From Caedibacter taeniospiralis (GTDB taxonomy: Bacteria > Pseudomonadota > Gammaproteobacteria > Francisellales > Francisellaceae), in assembly GCF_002803295.2 (NCBI RefSeq), contig NZ_PGGB02000003.1:30210-62209 (forward strand): 32,000 bases of DNA, in the 5' to 3' direction. Below, one piece after another: positions 19,620 through 31,401 of the stretch. The notes under the pieces were generated by a model. It saw only the letters and a program-made list of their open reading frames with translations, did not search any database and was not told the origin of the DNA. The translations under genes and the position numbers were made by a program. Within the stretch, counting starts at the first letter, position 1; the number at the start of each line of letters is the position of its first letter.

Positions 19620-20372
19620 TCACGAATTCAATGCTTCCATGACACTTTCGTCAAACTCAACATTAGTGTACACACTTTGCACATCATCCAAATCCTCTAA
19701 ACGATCGATCATGTTCATAACCTTTTGAGCAACTTCCACATCATCAATATTCGTTTTCACATCTGCATCCATAGTGACTTCTGCTGAAGCGGGTTTTAAA
19801 CCCTTTGCTATTAATGCGTCATTGACCTCAGAAAAACCAGCTGGGTCGGTAATCACATCAATCGTACCATCTGCAAAGCTCACCACATCTTCAGCCCCTG
19901 CCTCGAGTGCCACCTCCATGACAAGATCTTCACTTAAGCCTGCATCAAAACTAATAATACCCTTCTTATTAAACATATAAGAAACGGAGCCGTCTGTCCC
20001 TAAATTGCCACCTGCTTTGGTAAAAGCATGACGCACCTCAGCCACCGTACGATTTCGATTATCCGTCATGCAATCGACAATAAAGGCCACGCCTGCTGGA
20101 CCATAACCTTCGTAACGAATCTCCTCTAAATTGCCTCCTTCTTCGCCACCAGCCCCTTTTTTAATCGCACGCTCAATCGTATCTTTCGTCATATTGTTAG
20201 ACAGTGCTGTCGCAATTGCCGCGCGTAGCCGTGGGTTGGAATCCTTGTCACCCCCTCCCAAGCCTGCAGATATCGTGATCTCACGAATCAACTTGGTGAA
20301 GATTTTTCCACGCTTAGCATCTTCTCTTGCTTTTCTATGCTTAATGTTTGCCCACTTACTGTGACCTGCCAT
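19620..20372 (-). CDS. yebC: YebC/PmpR-family transcription/translation regulator
   Basis: 250 aa; [32 protein letters not shown]. Confidence 0.97.
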   Translation of the reverse strand: MAGHSKWANIKHRKAREDAKRGKIFTKLIREITISAGLGGGDKDSNPRLRAAIATALSNNMTKDTIERAIKKGAGGEEGGNLEEIRYEGYGPAGVAFIVDCMTDNRNRTVAEVRHAFTKAGGNLGTDGSVSYMFNKKGIISFDAGLSEDLVMEVALEAGAEDVVSFADGTIDVITDPAGFSEVNDALIAKGLKPASAEVTMDADVKTNIDDVEVAQKVMNMIDRLEDLDDVQSVYTNVEFDESVMEALNS

Positions 20373-20512
20373 TTTTAAACCTCTTTCAAAGACCCTTAAA
20401 CGGCAGCAATTGTATCATAAAGCCCCATAAAACACCGAGGGGATTTTTGCGAACTAAGCACTCCTCTACTACGCTTAAATCACCAAGGAAACCCTGGGAA
20501 AGGATTCAACCC

Positions 20513-22024
20513 ATGAAGCTAGATAGTCTAATTCAGCCGATAAAAGTCATGCGCTTGCGGTATCTCCCACTCCTGATGATTTATTTTGCCTACGGTTGTA
20601 GCGTTTTTTCTGGCATTGGTGAATCTTTTTTTGTCAAAGAACACTTGAATTTATCCGCAGAAAGTCTCATTGTGATTGGGGTTTGGCTAAGTCTGCCATG
20701 GAATATTAAGATGGTATTTGGGCAGTTTGTCGACAGCCTCACCCTATTTGGATCGCAGCGCAAGGCTTACGTTTATTTGGCTGCTGTTTTAATGGCAAGC
20801 GGTTCTTTGCTTATGACTGGATTGGCTAGTCGCTGGAGTTTTGTGGTTGTGTTAGCACCTGATAATGTCATTTTTTTTATTTCATCCTTACTAACCGTTT
20901 TGGGTGTGGTATTACAGGATGTGGTTGCTGATGCCATGAGCGTTGAAGTCGTTGAGCGTGAAGGACGCTCACAACAAGACATTGATCAAGATCTTGCAAT
21001 GGTGCAACTCTTGGGACGTTTAAGCTTGAGTCTTGGAATGTTTCTTGTAGCGGGTTTAGGAGGCTGGCTTGCAGAGGTAATGAGTTATCAGAACCTTTTT
21101 CTACTTACCTTGAGTATCCCCTTGATTAGCATCACGGGTATTTTATTTATTCGTTTGGATAAGGTTCCTCGCAAGCCCATTAATAAAACCGTGCTTTTTG
21201 GTGGACTCTTGTATGCCGTCTTTATTATTGTCATAGGTCTTAGTGACCTTCCTTTAGCACAGGAAATCGCGTTTGTCGTGTCTTTAATTATTATCATTTA
21301 CCTGCTACGCGCGGTCACTAAAGAACTACCTCGCGATTTACTACGCGCCATTTTTGTTGCGGCCTTTATGATCTTCATCTTTCGCGCCTCTCCAACTGCT
21401 GGACCTGGTGCTCAATGGTTTATGATCGATGTGCTGGGATTTGATAAGGCTTTTTTTGGCACGTTATCACAGATTGGGGCTTTTATGTCCATTATTGGCA
21501 TGTGGTTTTTTGCCCGAGTGATTACGGAGAAATCGATCACCTCTGTGCTGTTGTCGCTGACGGTTGCAGGCTTTTTATTAGAGCTACCCCTCATCGCCCT
21601 ATATTACGGACTACATGAATGGACCATGGTTTACTTTGGTTTTGGCGCACGCACCATTGTACTGATTGATAGCGCAGTTGCCTCACCATTTGCCCAATTG
21701 GCGATGATTCCCATGCTAGCACTCATCGCACGCTACGCCCCAAAAGGCAATGCTGCTACCTGGTTTGCGCTGATGGCAAGCTTTATGAATTTAGCACTCA
21801 CTGCAGGGTCATTATTGAGTAAGTACTTAAATAAAGTCTTTGCTGTTTCACGTGAGGTCCTCGATCACACCACAAATACCGTCATCTCCTCTGCAAACTA
21901 TAGTGAGCTTGGCTCACTTTTAATTACCGTTTCAATCATTGGTTTATCTGCCCCTCTTGTAGGAATTTTGCTATACGCACGATTTTACCCAAAGGCAAAA
22001 AAACAAAAAAGACAAAATGGATAA
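20513..22024 (+). CDS. MFS-type transporter (folate/biopterin-transporter-like)
   Basis: Polytopic; MKLDSLIQPIKVMRLRYLPLLMIYFAYGCSVFSGIGESFFVKEHLNLSAESLIVIGVWLSLPWNIKMVFGQFVDS. The track start at 20348 antisense-overlaps the yebC start; the internal ATG at 20513 with an upstream AAAGGA is preferred. Confidence 0.8.
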   Translation: MKLDSLIQPIKVMRLRYLPLLMIYFAYGCSVFSGIGESFFVKEHLNLSAESLIVIGVWLSLPWNIKMVFGQFVDSLTLFGSQRKAYVYLAAVLMASGSLLMTGLASRWSFVVVLAPDNVIFFISSLLTVLGVVLQDVVADAMSVEVVEREGRSQQDIDQDLAMVQLLGRLSLSLGMFLVAGLGGWLAEVMSYQNLFLLTLSIPLISITGILFIRLDKVPRKPINKTVLFGGLLYAVFIIVIGLSDLPLAQEIAFVVSLIIIIYLLRAVTKELPRDLLRAIFVAAFMIFIFRASPTAGPGAQWFMIDVLGFDKAFFGTLSQIGAFMSIIGMWFFARVITEKSITSVLLSLTVAGFLLELPLIALYYGLHEWTMVYFGFGARTIVLIDSAVASPFAQLAMIPMLALIARYAPKGNAATWFALMASFMNLALTAGSLLSKYLNKVFAVSREVLDHTTNTVISSANYSELGSLLITVSIIGLSAPLVGILLYARFYPKAKKQKRQNG

Positions 22025-22083
22025 AATAAAGCAAAAACATTTTGCCTTTACTTCACAAGCATCCTAGAATGGCAGGCTCACTG

Positions 22084-22494
22084 GGGGGCGAATATGGCTT
22101 CGACGGGAATGTCAATGTCTTACGGTGCATGCCGAGGGTGTATCTGCCTCGTAAAACACGTTACATCGTCAGAATAACTGGCAAAAATAAAAAAGATCGC
22201 GTTGTAGCTAACGATGCAGCTTTCGCTGCTCGTAAAGCTGCTTAATCTAGCTTAATAACCTAGATACGCACGAACCGATAGTATTTGCTTGTGAATCTAT
22301 CTTATGTTCGTTCATATCCATCACAAGATCGCCAACGTGTCGGTCTAAACACTGCGGCTAAATTTTAAGACTCGCTTGAATTATGCCCTGATTTATCGGG
22401 CGGATTTGAGTCAAATATAATAGATAAGTCTAAGCATGTAGATCTGAAGATGGCGAGTTTGCGGACGCGGGTTCAACCCCCGCCGCCTCCACCA
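22084..22494 (+). ncRNA. ssrA: Transfer-messenger RNA (one-piece tmRNA)
   Basis: 5' GGGGGCGAATATGGCTTCGACGGG; 3' GCGGACGCGGGTTCAACCCCCGCCGCCTCCACCA. The acceptor stem GGGGGCG/CGCCTCC pairs (one G-U), the T-arm pairs GCGGG/CCCGC, CCA is encoded, and the tag ORF GCT...GCT TAA is at 22207..22245. Confidence 0.97.
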
Positions 22495-22544
22495 AACCAA
22501 AACTCAATAAATTCATCGACAAATTTTAAGAACACTAAAAACAG

Positions 22545-23612
22545 TCATAGTTGAACCCGCGGGTCTAACTCACCCGTTTGGTACAACGCATACATTTTTT
22601 CCAACGAAATTGGTTTTATCTTATCCGCCATCCCCGCGGCACCAAAGGCTTCATATCGGAGCTTACAAATATCCCTCATTGCATCTTTCGCTAGCCCATT
22701 ATATTTGCGCGGGTCAAACTCAGCTCTATGAGTTGCCATAAATTGACGAATTGCACCTGTAGCCGCCATCCGTAAATCGGTATCAATATTGACTTTTCTC
22801 ACCCCATATTTAATCGCTTCAACGATTTCAGCAACGGGAACACCATAAGTCTCCCCCATGTCTCCGCCAAATTGATTGATAATTTTCAACCAGTCTTGCG
22901 GCACAGAAGATGAACCGTGCATCACCAAATGCGTATCAGGGATGCGTGCATGGATTTCCTTAACACGTGAAATCGCGAGCACATCCCCTGTAGGAGGCTT
23001 GGTGAACTTATATGCGCCGTGACTTGTTCCAATGGCAATAGCCAAGGCATCCACTTTGGTGGCTTTAACAAATTGCGCAGCTTCCTCTGGATCGGTTAAT
23101 AACTGATCATGTGATAGTGTGCCTTTAGCACCAACACCATCCTCTTCACCTGCCTGTCCTGTTTCCAACGAACCTAAACAACCTAGTTCACCCTCGACAG
23201 ATACACCACAGGCGTGCGCCATTTCAACCGTGCGCTTAGTCACATCAACGTTATAAGCATAATCTGCTGGAGTTTTACCGTCTGACTCTAATGAACCATC
23301 CATCATTACTGATGAAAACCCTAATTGGATTGAGCGCTGACAGACATCTGGTGATGTGCCATGATCCTGGTGCATACACACAGGAATCTCAGGATATTCT
23401 TCAATGGCTGCTAACACAAGGTGGCGAATAAATGGCGCTCCTGCATATTTTCTAGCGCCCGCTGAGGCTTGCAAAATCACGGGGGCTTTGACCTTGTTTG
23501 CAGCTTCCATCACCGCACGAATCTGCTCTAAATTGTTGACGTTAAACGCAGGAATACCATAACGGTGCTCTGCTGCATGATCTAATAATTGTCGTAATGA
23601 TACTAATGCCAT
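22545..23612 (-). CDS. fba: Fructose-bisphosphate aldolase class II
   Basis: [82 protein letters not shown] at 23612 preferred over the upstream track start. Confidence 0.95.
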   Translation of the reverse strand: MALVSLRQLLDHAAEHRYGIPAFNVNNLEQIRAVMEAANKVKAPVILQASAGARKYAGAPFIRHLVLAAIEEYPEIPVCMHQDHGTSPDVCQRSIQLGFSSVMMDGSLESDGKTPADYAYNVDVTKRTVEMAHACGVSVEGELGCLGSLETGQAGEEDGVGAKGTLSHDQLLTDPEEAAQFVKATKVDALAIAIGTSHGAYKFTKPPTGDVLAISRVKEIHARIPDTHLVMHGSSSVPQDWLKIINQFGGDMGETYGVPVAEIVEAIKYGVRKVNIDTDLRMAATGAIRQFMATHRAEFDPRKYNGLAKDAMRDICKLRYEAFGAAGMADKIKPISLEKMYALYQTGELDPRVQL

Positions 23613-23729
23613 TTTCTTTCCTTTTTTTATTAATTTGAAGGCTTGTGCAAATAGTTCGCCCAAGCATGTCGGTGGGCGGAAATACAGTCACCGCCTACAT
23701 TTAAAATAACAAAAACACGGCGTACGTTT

Positions 23730-25163
23730 TTACACCACATTACCTGCCTGAATCACTTTAATTTTATTGGTGCCGCCATGAACGCCCATATGATCTCCAC
23801 TGGTTAGCACCATCCAATCACCCTGTTTGACAATGCCACGCTTCTCAAGCTCAAGTGAAGCTTCACGGTTGACATAGAAGCGCGCCATGCGGGTTGAGTC
23901 AAACTCAATCGGTACAACCCCTCGATACAGCGTCATTTTACCTAAGGTTAAACGATTACGTGATAAAGCATAAATCGGTAGGTGCGTGTTAATTCGCGAC
24001 ATCCACAGTGCCGTTGAACCTGACTCAGTTAATGAAATAATCGCCTTGGCATCCACATGATTAGCCAAATAAACGGCAGCACTTGCGACCGCTTCATCAA
24101 CGCGATCATGGTGACGGGTCACATTATCTTTTGACACAATATGCACAAGATTACTCTTCTCAGCCGCCGCACATACGCGCGACATGGCAGCCACGGTTTC
24201 AACAGGATATTCGCCTGCTGCAGATTCAGCAGATAACATCACTACATCGGTGCCATCCAATACTGCATTGGCGACATCAGAAACTTCAGCACGCGTCGGT
24301 GTTGAGCATGTAATCATCGACTCCATCATTTGAGTCGCCGTAATCACGACTTTATCAAGCTCACGTGTTAAGCGAATAATCATCTTTTGTGCCGCAGGAA
24401 CATTTTCGTCCCCTATTTCAACTGCCAAGTCACCTCGCGCCACCATCACTGCATCAGATGCCTTAATAATTTCTTCAATATGGGTAAGTGCCTCAGTGCG
24501 CTCAATTTTGGCGACAACCCCAGCTTCAGAACCAGACTCTTGCAGCAACTTACGCGCATATTCCATATCTTTGGCATCACGCGGAAAAGAAACAGCGACA
24601 TAGTCGACCTCAAGCGCTGCCGCTGTTTTAATATCTTCTATGTCTTTTTCAGTCAATGCAGGAGCAGTTAAACCGCCCCCTTTTTTGTTGATGCCCTTGT
24701 TATTAGAAAGCTTGCCACCCACTATGACCTTACAATGTACTTTCACGCCTTCAACCTTAATAACAGATAACACAATTTTGCCATCATCAAGCAATAAAAT
24801 ATCACCTTTTTTGACATCATTGGGTAGCTCTTTATAGTCAATGCCAACACTTGTTTCGTCACCTGCGTTTTTATCAAGCTCCGCATCAAGAATAAAGGGA
24901 TCACCATTTTTCAAGATAACCTTGCCATCTTTAAATTTTGCAACACGAATTTTGGGTCCTTGAAGATCCGCTAAAATACCAATATAGGTTCCCTTTTCCT
25001 TGGCGACCTCGCGAATAAGCTGCACGCGTTTACGATGATCGTCAGCTGTACCATGCGAGAAATTACAGCGCACGGCATTTAATCCTGCGTCCACCATTTT
25101 ACTTAGCACCTCTTTTGACTCACTGGCAGGACCAATGGTTGCTAAGATTTTTGTTCTTCTCAT
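23730..25163 (-). CDS. pyk: Pyruvate kinase
   Basis: 477 aa; [35 protein letters not shown] and [28 protein letters not shown]. Confidence 0.97.
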   Translation of the reverse strand: MRRTKILATIGPASESKEVLSKMVDAGLNAVRCNFSHGTADDHRKRVQLIREVAKEKGTYIGILADLQGPKIRVAKFKDGKVILKNGDPFILDAELDKNAGDETSVGIDYKELPNDVKKGDILLLDDGKIVLSVIKVEGVKVHCKVIVGGKLSNNKGINKKGGGLTAPALTEKDIEDIKTAAALEVDYVAVSFPRDAKDMEYARKLLQESGSEAGVVAKIERTEALTHIEEIIKASDAVMVARGDLAVEIGDENVPAAQKMIIRLTRELDKVVITATQMMESMITCSTPTRAEVSDVANAVLDGTDVVMLSAESAAGEYPVETVAAMSRVCAAAEKSNLVHIVSKDNVTRHHDRVDEAVASAAVYLANHVDAKAIISLTESGSTALWMSRINTHLPIYALSRNRLTLGKMTLYRGVVPIEFDSTRMARFYVNREASLELEKRGIVKQGDWMVLTSGDHMGVHGGTNKIKVIQAGNVV

Positions 25164-26347
25164 ACTTTTACCTCTTGTGCACGCTCATATAAAACCTCAA
25201 CACCTGGCAAGACTTTTCCTTCGATAAACTCCAAAAATGCCCCTCCAGCCGTTGAGATATAAGAAACTTTGTCTTTGATGTTAAACTTTTCAATGGCTGC
25301 AATCGTATCTCCTCCACCTGCGACAGAGAAGGCAGTTGAGTTTGCGATGGCTCGCGCAATCGCTTTGGTGCCCTCTGCAAAATGGGCAAACTCGAAAACC
25401 CCCACAGGACCATTCCATAAGATAGTCCTGGCTGATCGAATAATCTCTGCCAGTTTTTGCCCAGTTGACGGTCCAAAATCCAGAATCATATCATCCGATC
25501 CAACGGTCTCAATGGTTTTAATCTCAGCTCTGGCATTCTCATCAAAAGATTTAGCCACGCGAACGTCAACTGGCAAGGCAATTTCGACACCCTTTTGTTT
25601 GGCCTTCACCATGAGTCTCTTTGCAGTATCAACCAGGTCCGCTTCAATCAAAGAACGACCAACCTTAAAGCCTTGAGCCAACAAAAATGTGTTGGCAATA
25701 CCACCACCAACAATCAGCTGATCCACCTGATCGATCAGGTTTTCAAGCACGGTGAGTTTAGTCGAAACCTTTGAGCCACCAACAATCGCCACTAGTGGCT
25801 TTTTAGGATTTTTAAGTGCCGCGCTTAGCGCATTTAACTCTTCGGTGAGTAAAAGTCCCGCACAGGCTATTGGCGCATATTTTGCCACACCATAGGTAGA
25901 GGCTTGCGCTCTATGTGCGGTAGCAAAAGCATCCATAACAAAAACCTGAGCCAGGCTCGCAAGCTTTTGTGATAGAAGTTCATCAGACTTTTCCTCACCC
26001 TTGTTAAAGCGCACATTCTCGCAAAGCACCACTTGCCCTGGCTCAATAGCGACACCATCAAGATAGTCCTTAAGCAAAGCCACATGCTGTCCTAATTTTT
26101 CTGTCAGCACATTGGCAACGGGTGATAGTGAATATTCACTATTATACTCACCCTCTACAGGTCTGCCTAAGTGTGTCATTAAAATCACTCCTGCCCCTTG
26201 CTTCAACGCATATTGAATCGTGGGGAGGGCTGCATCTATACGCACAAAACTGGTTACTCTGCCATCCTTGATAGGCACGTTAAAGTCAACGCGCATCAAT
26301 ACTTTTTTACCTTTCAAATTCACATCGGTAATCGATAAAAATTTCAT
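25160..26347 (-). CDS. pgk: Phosphoglycerate kinase
   Basis: 395 aa; [56 protein letters not shown]. Confidence 0.97.
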   Translation of the reverse strand: MKFLSITDVNLKGKKVLMRVDFNVPIKDGRVTSFVRIDAALPTIQYALKQGAGVILMTHLGRPVEGEYNSEYSLSPVANVLTEKLGQHVALLKDYLDGVAIEPGQVVLCENVRFNKGEEKSDELLSQKLASLAQVFVMDAFATAHRAQASTYGVAKYAPIACAGLLLTEELNALSAALKNPKKPLVAIVGGSKVSTKLTVLENLIDQVDQLIVGGGIANTFLLAQGFKVGRSLIEADLVDTAKRLMVKAKQKGVEIALPVDVRVAKSFDENARAEIKTIETVGSDDMILDFGPSTGQKLAEIIRSARTILWNGPVGVFEFAHFAEGTKAIARAIANSTAFSVAGGGDTIAAIEKFNIKDKVSYISTAGGAFLEFIEGKVLPGVEVLYERAQEVKV

Positions 26348-26398
26348 TATTTAGACCCTTATTCAATTACTGGAGTCATGGACTTTTGCTGATTTTTA

Positions 26399-26515
26399 AC
26401 TACCCCGTCAGCCTGCGGCTGCCACCCCTTCACAAGTGAAGGGGAATTTTTGGAAAGTTTGTCACTTAATTCCCCTTCGTTAGCGAAGGGGTGGCTGCGA
26501 AGCAGACGGGGTAGT
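26399..26515. repeat. 117-bp nested palindromic intergenic element (outer arms plus two internal hairpins)
   Basis: Outer arms ACTACCCCGTC...GACGGGGTAGT extend imperfectly through GCCACCCCTTC/GAAGGGGTGGC. Internal hairpins are CCCCTTCAC-AA-GTGAAGGGG and CCCCTTCG-TTAG-CGAAGGGG. Confidence 0.85.
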
Positions 26516-26589
26516 CTTTAAAGACAGTAAAAGTGCACAGCTCCAACCAACAAAAAAGGCGCTTCAAACGCCTTTCTTATCCATGCTGA

Positions 26590-27600
26590 TTACTTAGCAG
26601 CAAACCACGCCTTAGTGGTTCTTAACATTTGATTTGAGAAGCCCCACTCATTGTCATACCAGGAAAGTACTTTAACTAAATTACCAATGACACGCGTTTG
26701 TGTTGCGTCAAAAATCGATGGCTGCGGATTGTGGTTAAAATCCATGGAGACTAATGGTTCAACGTTATAACCTAAAACGCCTTTTAGACTTGTTTCAGAT
26801 GCGTTTTTCAACAATTTATTGACCTCTTCCACACTCGTGTGTTTCTTCGCGGTAAAAGTTAAATCAACGACGGACACGTTAATCGTAGGCACTCGCATCG
26901 CAAAACCATCCAGGCGCCCTTTAAGCTCAGGCAATACCAGACCTACCGCCGCCGCCGCCCCTGTTTTAGTTGGGATCATATTATGCGCTGCGGCGCGTGC
27001 GCGATGTAAATCACTGTGATAGCTATCCACGATTCTTTGATCATTAGTATAAGCATGGATTGTCGTCATTAGACCTTCTTGAATACCAACGTTATCATTC
27101 AATACTTTGGCAACTGGCGCCAAACAGTTGGTTGTGCATGAGGCATTTGAGATAACCGTCATCGCTGAAGTTAATACGTTATGGTTTACACCATACACAA
27201 TCGTCGCATCAACATCGCTACCCCCTGGCGCTGAAATTACTACTTTTTTGGCACCAGCCTGTAAATGTGCCGCACATTTTTCTTTTGAAGTAAATAAACC
27301 CGTACATTCAAATACCACATCAACGCCCAAGGTCTTCCAAGGCAAGCTCGCAGGATTGCGTTCGGCTAAAATTTTAATGCGATCCTTATTAACGACCATT
27401 TCATCATTTTGCAAAGAAACATCCGCATGAAAACGTCCATGTGTCGTGTCATACTTTGTTAGATGTACATTAATTTCAGGACTGCCCAAGTCATTAATCG
27501 CAACGATTTTAAACTCGTTTGTCAAACCTGCTTCATAGATCGCACGCAATACACAGCGACCAATGCGACCATAACCATTAATTGCAATTTTAATTGCCAT
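26590..27600 (-). CDS. gap: Glyceraldehyde-3-phosphate dehydrogenase, type I
   Basis: 336 aa; [48 protein letters not shown]. Confidence 0.97.
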   Translation of the reverse strand: MAIKIAINGYGRIGRCVLRAIYEAGLTNEFKIVAINDLGSPEINVHLTKYDTTHGRFHADVSLQNDEMVVNKDRIKILAERNPASLPWKTLGVDVVFECTGLFTSKEKCAAHLQAGAKKVVISAPGGSDVDATIVYGVNHNVLTSAMTVISNASCTTNCLAPVAKVLNDNVGIQEGLMTTIHAYTNDQRIVDSYHSDLHRARAAAHNMIPTKTGAAAAVGLVLPELKGRLDGFAMRVPTINVSVVDLTFTAKKHTSVEEVNKLLKNASETSLKGVLGYNVEPLVSMDFNHNPQPSIFDATQTRVIGNLVKVLSWYDNEWGFSNQMLRTTKAWFAAK

Positions 27601-27635
27601 TTTTTATTTCTCCTTTTTTAATTTGCCTTTATGAC

Positions 27636-29684
27636 TTATAAACTTTCAACGACATTTTTAGCTAAAAGTGACTTAGCTTTAGCGACCGCATTTTGCGCGG
27701 TCAAACCAAATGCTTCATACAATTTCTCTATAGGTGCCGATTCACCAAAATGGTTTAAGCCAATTACAGCCCCCCCCGCTTTTGGCAGTAAACGATACCA
27801 TAAATCCCCTTGTGCAGCTTCCATTACAAGTGCTGGGATATTATCTTTAATCACTGCTTGTTGGTACGCATCATCTTGCGCCATAAACTTCTCAACGCAT
27901 GGCATTGAAACCACATTTACACTAACACCTTCCTGAGTCAAAAGAGTAGCCGCATCGCACAGGATGCTAAGCTCAGAACCAGTTGCAATCAAGGTAATTT
28001 CTGCGCACTGAGTTTCTTTGAGTAAATAACCACCTTTTTTAATCAACTCTATTTGTGTTTTGCTGGCAACAAGCGTGGGCAGGTTTTGCCGTGAAAGCGC
28101 CAACAATGAAGGAGTATATCGTTCTTCAATGGCACATTGCCAGGCAACTGCAGTTTCCACAACATCCGCTGGACGCCATACATTCAAATTAGGCATAACA
28201 CGCAAACTGGGAAGATGTTCAATCGGCTGGTGTGTTGGACCATCTTCACCTAGTCCAATTGAGTCATGGGTCATGACATAGACGACAGGCTGCTTCATAA
28301 TCGCACTCATGCGAATCGCATTTCGCGCATAATCACTAAACACCAGGAAGGTGCCACCATAAGGTCTAAAGCTACCATAGAGCGACATGCCATTCATCAT
28401 CGCAGCCATGCCAAATTCACGCACACCATACGATAGGTAATTGGCATGATTTTCATGATTATTTAACCATCTACTGCCTGACCAGTTCGTTAAGTTAGAT
28501 CCCGTCAAATCTGCCGAACCACCAAACATATCAGGTAAAAATTTACCTATTTCTTCCAAAGCCATTTGCGAGGCTTTACGCGTTGCCACGGTGGGTTTAT
28601 CTGCGAGTAATTTAGTGAAATAATCTTCGAGATGTTCTTTAAAATGTCGCGGCAACGCTTTGTTTAAACGCGAATTAAGTTCAGCATATTGAACGGGATA
28701 TGCCTGTTGATAGGCTTCAAATTTTTCATTCCAGTCTTTCTCACTGGCAACTCCTTTATCAATAGCACACCAATCCGCATAAATGTCCTTAGGGATTTCA
28801 AAGGGGGGATAATTCCAATTAAGTGCCTTACGCGTATTAGCAATTTCATCATCGCCCAACGGCGCACCATGGACACTATGGCTTCCTGCTTTATTGGGTG
28901 AACCTTGTCCAATCTTGGTCTTGCAACAAATAAGTGTTGGTTTTGATGTTTCTTGCTGTGCTTTGTGAATTGCCGCATCAATTGCGGCAAAATTGTGCCC
29001 TTCAACATGAGAAATCACCTGCCAGCCGTAGGCTTCATAGCGTTTTGCCACATCTTCAGTAAACCAGCCTTTAACATCGCCATCAATTGAAATGCTGTTA
29101 TCATCCCAAAACGCAATAAGCTTGCCAAGCTTCAGTGTTCCAGCTAAAGAGCTAACTTCATGTGAGATCCCTTCCATCAAACAGCCATCGCCCAAAAATA
29201 CATAAGTATGGTGATTAATAATTTCATACTGCGGCTTATTATAGGTATCGGCTAATAATTTCTCTGCCAATGCCATACCAACGGCATTAGCAAGCCCCTG
29301 CCCCAGTGGTCCTGTCGTTGTTTCAATGCCTGGCGCGTAGCCATACTCGGGATGACCTGCGGTTTTTGAATGAAATTGTCTGAAATTTTTCAAATCCTCA
29401 ATGGATAGCTCATAACCCGTTAAATGCAGTAAGGAATATAAAAGCATGGAGCCATGACCATTGGATAACACAAAACGATCACGATTAATCCAATGCGGGT
29501 TTTTGGGATTGTGTTTTAAATACTTACGCCATAAAACAGTCGCAATATCAGCCATTCCCATCGGCATGCCAGGGTGTCCTGATTTTGCTTTTTGTACCGC
29601 ATCCATAGATAAAAACCGAATCGCGTTTGCAAGGATTGCGTTTGAATTCATCTCTGTCCAAAATTTAGTAGTGTTCGCGGGCAA
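27636..29684 (-). CDS. tkt: Transketolase
   Basis: 682 aa; [61 protein letters not shown]. Confidence 0.97.
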   Translation of the reverse strand: MPANTTKFWTEMNSNAILANAIRFLSMDAVQKAKSGHPGMPMGMADIATVLWRKYLKHNPKNPHWINRDRFVLSNGHGSMLLYSLLHLTGYELSIEDLKNFRQFHSKTAGHPEYGYAPGIETTTGPLGQGLANAVGMALAEKLLADTYNKPQYEIINHHTYVFLGDGCLMEGISHEVSSLAGTLKLGKLIAFWDDNSISIDGDVKGWFTEDVAKRYEAYGWQVISHVEGHNFAAIDAAIHKAQQETSKPTLICCKTKIGQGSPNKAGSHSVHGAPLGDDEIANTRKALNWNYPPFEIPKDIYADWCAIDKGVASEKDWNEKFEAYQQAYPVQYAELNSRLNKALPRHFKEHLEDYFTKLLADKPTVATRKASQMALEEIGKFLPDMFGGSADLTGSNLTNWSGSRWLNNHENHANYLSYGVREFGMAAMMNGMSLYGSFRPYGGTFLVFSDYARNAIRMSAIMKQPVVYVMTHDSIGLGEDGPTHQPIEHLPSLRVMPNLNVWRPADVVETAVAWQCAIEERYTPSLLALSRQNLPTLVASKTQIELIKKGGYLLKETQCAEITLIATGSELSILCDAATLLTQEGVSVNVVSMPCVEKFMAQDDAYQQAVIKDNIPALVMEAAQGDLWYRLLPKAGGAVIGLNHFGESAPIEKLYEAFGLTAQNAVAKAKSLLAKNVVESL

Positions 29685-29898
29685 AAGTGTAACATAACTG
29701 TTTGCTAAATACAGTGCTGTTTAGTGGGCAATATTTAATTTTGACAAAAACACCAGGGTAAGTTGACTCTAAGCAAGAGCATCTCAATCTATGACCATTG
29801 AGCACGCCACAGCAGTGCTCTCATAACTAACTAAATGACGTTGTTTTAAACCACCATTTACCCTAAAATGCCGCCATACCTTTCCAGTAAAAACACCG

Positions 29899-31401
29899 AT
29901 GCTGCAAGTAGAAGATATTCAAAGCACTGAGCTTTTTTTGGCATACCTAAAAAGGCTTGATAATGCGCCCATGTTTGTTTACAAGAATAGCTATTACACC
30001 TACTTACAAATATACCAATACACCTTGTCTATTAGCCAGTGGTTGTCAGATAATCAGATTAATAAGCTGATGTTTTCCATTACGAACTCTCCACTTTCGG
30101 TGAGCTTATTTTTTGCGAGCTGGCACCATAAGATTGAGTGCATTCCTGTCAATCCTCGTTTTATCGCCAATGAGCTCCTGGGTTTAATTAAACGAGCGCA
30201 ACCTGATCGTGTTGTAGTTGAGCCACACCAGTTATCCGATGAGCTCACTCACTACTGCCAGCAAAACAACATTAAACTTCTTTCAGTAGAGGATCCAATT
30301 GCTTTTTTAGCACAGATTACAAAGCATCACAGCACTTTAAATGATGATTCCTGTGAGAAACAGCAGGAAGGTATTACGTATCACATAAGCTCTGGCACAA
30401 ATGGTCATTATAATTTCCATGGTCATACGACCTCTCAGATTTTACAATACGCCTATGCGCGTCAATTCGATTACGGTCTTAAAAGAGGTGATATTTCACT
30501 TATTCACCTTTCCTTTAATCATGCCTATGCCTTTTCTTATCAGTTGTTACCCAATATCGCTTTAGGTAATTGCATGGTGTTAGCTTCAGGCTTTGAAGCT
30601 AAATCTGCGCTTGAATACATTGAAAAATATAACATCACCGCACTGGCGTTATTGCCAACGATGTATTATCAGCTTTGCCAGGAACACATACCAAGTGGCA
30701 AACCACGACATAAACTCAGGCACTTGAGTGTGGCAGGTGATCAACCAACAGATGCACTGATGCGGCTCGTTAAAGAGACGTTCAACCTCCCCTTACTCAA
30801 CGGACTTGGCATGACAGAAGTCTATGGTTATGCACAGAATCTGGGCGAAGCCAAACCTTACAATAAAGTTAAACTGTTTAATGATGTTCAAGTAAACATT
30901 AAGCCTCTTTTCCATCATGAACTCAGCACGCTGGATCATCTTGATAACACTAAACAGCTCATTGGTGAGATCTATCTTAAGACACCCATGCAGCCTGTTT
31001 CCCATCAAGACCAGTGGCTTGCTACAGGCGATTATGGCTATGTGGATGACGAGCGCCATCTGTATTTTCTGGGACGCATTAAAGACATTATCGTTAAAGG
31101 TGGTTCAAAAATATCTCCTTTGGAGCTTGAGCATTATCTCTATCAAATTCCTGAGATTCAGCAAGTCGTGGTTATTGGCAAGAAAGACCCTATTTGGGGA
31201 GAAATTGTACGCGCGTGCATCGCACTTAAAACTAATACCTGCTTGCCCCTTGAAACAATTAATGCCTTCTTAACCCCCTATCTCTCAAGCTATAAACACA
31301 TTGATGAAGTTATCTTCTACGATAAACTACCTCTTAATATCAGCGGAAAAATCAACCGCTACCGTTTAAAGCGAGAACTACACAATGAACCATCTGCCTG
31401 A
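29899..31401 (+). CDS. AMP-binding (ANL superfamily) acyl/aryl-CoA synthetase or ligase-like protein
   Basis: 500 aa; ITYHISSGTNGHYNFHGHTTSQI, NGLGMTEVYGYAQ, WLATGDYGYVDDERHLYFLGRIKDIIVKGGSKISPLELE, LPLNISGKINRYRLK. Confidence 0.88.
   Translation: MLQVEDIQSTELFLAYLKRLDNAPMFVYKNSYYTYLQIYQYTLSISQWLSDNQINKLMFSITNSPLSVSLFFASWHHKIECIPVNPRFIANELLGLIKRAQPDRVVVEPHQLSDELTHYCQQNNIKLLSVEDPIAFLAQITKHHSTLNDDSCEKQQEGITYHISSGTNGHYNFHGHTTSQILQYAYARQFDYGLKRGDISLIHLSFNHAYAFSYQLLPNIALGNCMVLASGFEAKSALEYIEKYNITALALLPTMYYQLCQEHIPSGKPRHKLRHLSVAGDQPTDALMRLVKETFNLPLLNGLGMTEVYGYAQNLGEAKPYNKVKLFNDVQVNIKPLFHHELSTLDHLDNTKQLIGEIYLKTPMQPVSHQDQWLATGDYGYVDDERHLYFLGRIKDIIVKGGSKISPLELEHYLYQIPEIQQVVVIGKKDPIWGEIVRACIALKTNTCLPLETINAFLTPYLSSYKHIDEVIFYDKLPLNISGKINRYRLKRELHNEPSA

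Noticed and set aside
20348-20512. Upstream extension of the MFS ORF overlapping the yebC start
   Set aside because: The extra 55 aa do not look like a transporter N-terminus and overlap yebC antisense; ATG at 20513 has an RBS-like AAAGGA and a normal start.
21844-21859. TGTTTCACGTGAGGTC resembling the canonical parS site TGTTTCACGTGAAACA (12 of 16 positions)
   Set aside because: It lies inside the MFS coding sequence (VSREV codons), one half-site is degraded, and it is more than 12 kb from the parAB pair. A genome-wide parS scan would be needed.
22042-22245. Track ORF of 67 aa on + strand (MPLLHKHPRMAGSLGG...ANDAAFAARKAA)
   Set aside because: It is the 5' half of tmRNA read as protein; only the 12-codon tag portion is translated, from the resume codon at 22207.
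22084-22545. tmRNA 3' end as an integration site for a genomic island
   Set aside because: No direct repeat of the tmRNA 3' end and no integrase were seen; the fba cluster follows within about 50 bp.
24083-25676. Several 60-135 aa + strand ORFs antisense to pyk and pgk
   Set aside because: Typical antisense shadow ORFs of conserved coding genes; low-complexity and Ser/Pro-rich, with no motifs.
29800-29820. GAGCAC...GTGCTC inverted repeat between tkt and the ligase gene
   Set aside because: Only 6-bp arms with a 9-nt loop and no T tract; expected by chance at this length, so not reported as an operator or terminator.
30054-31273. Small ORFs (64, 88 and 118 aa) overlapping the AMP-binding ligase
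   Set aside because: Alternate-frame and antisense shadows of a strongly supported 500-aa CDS.
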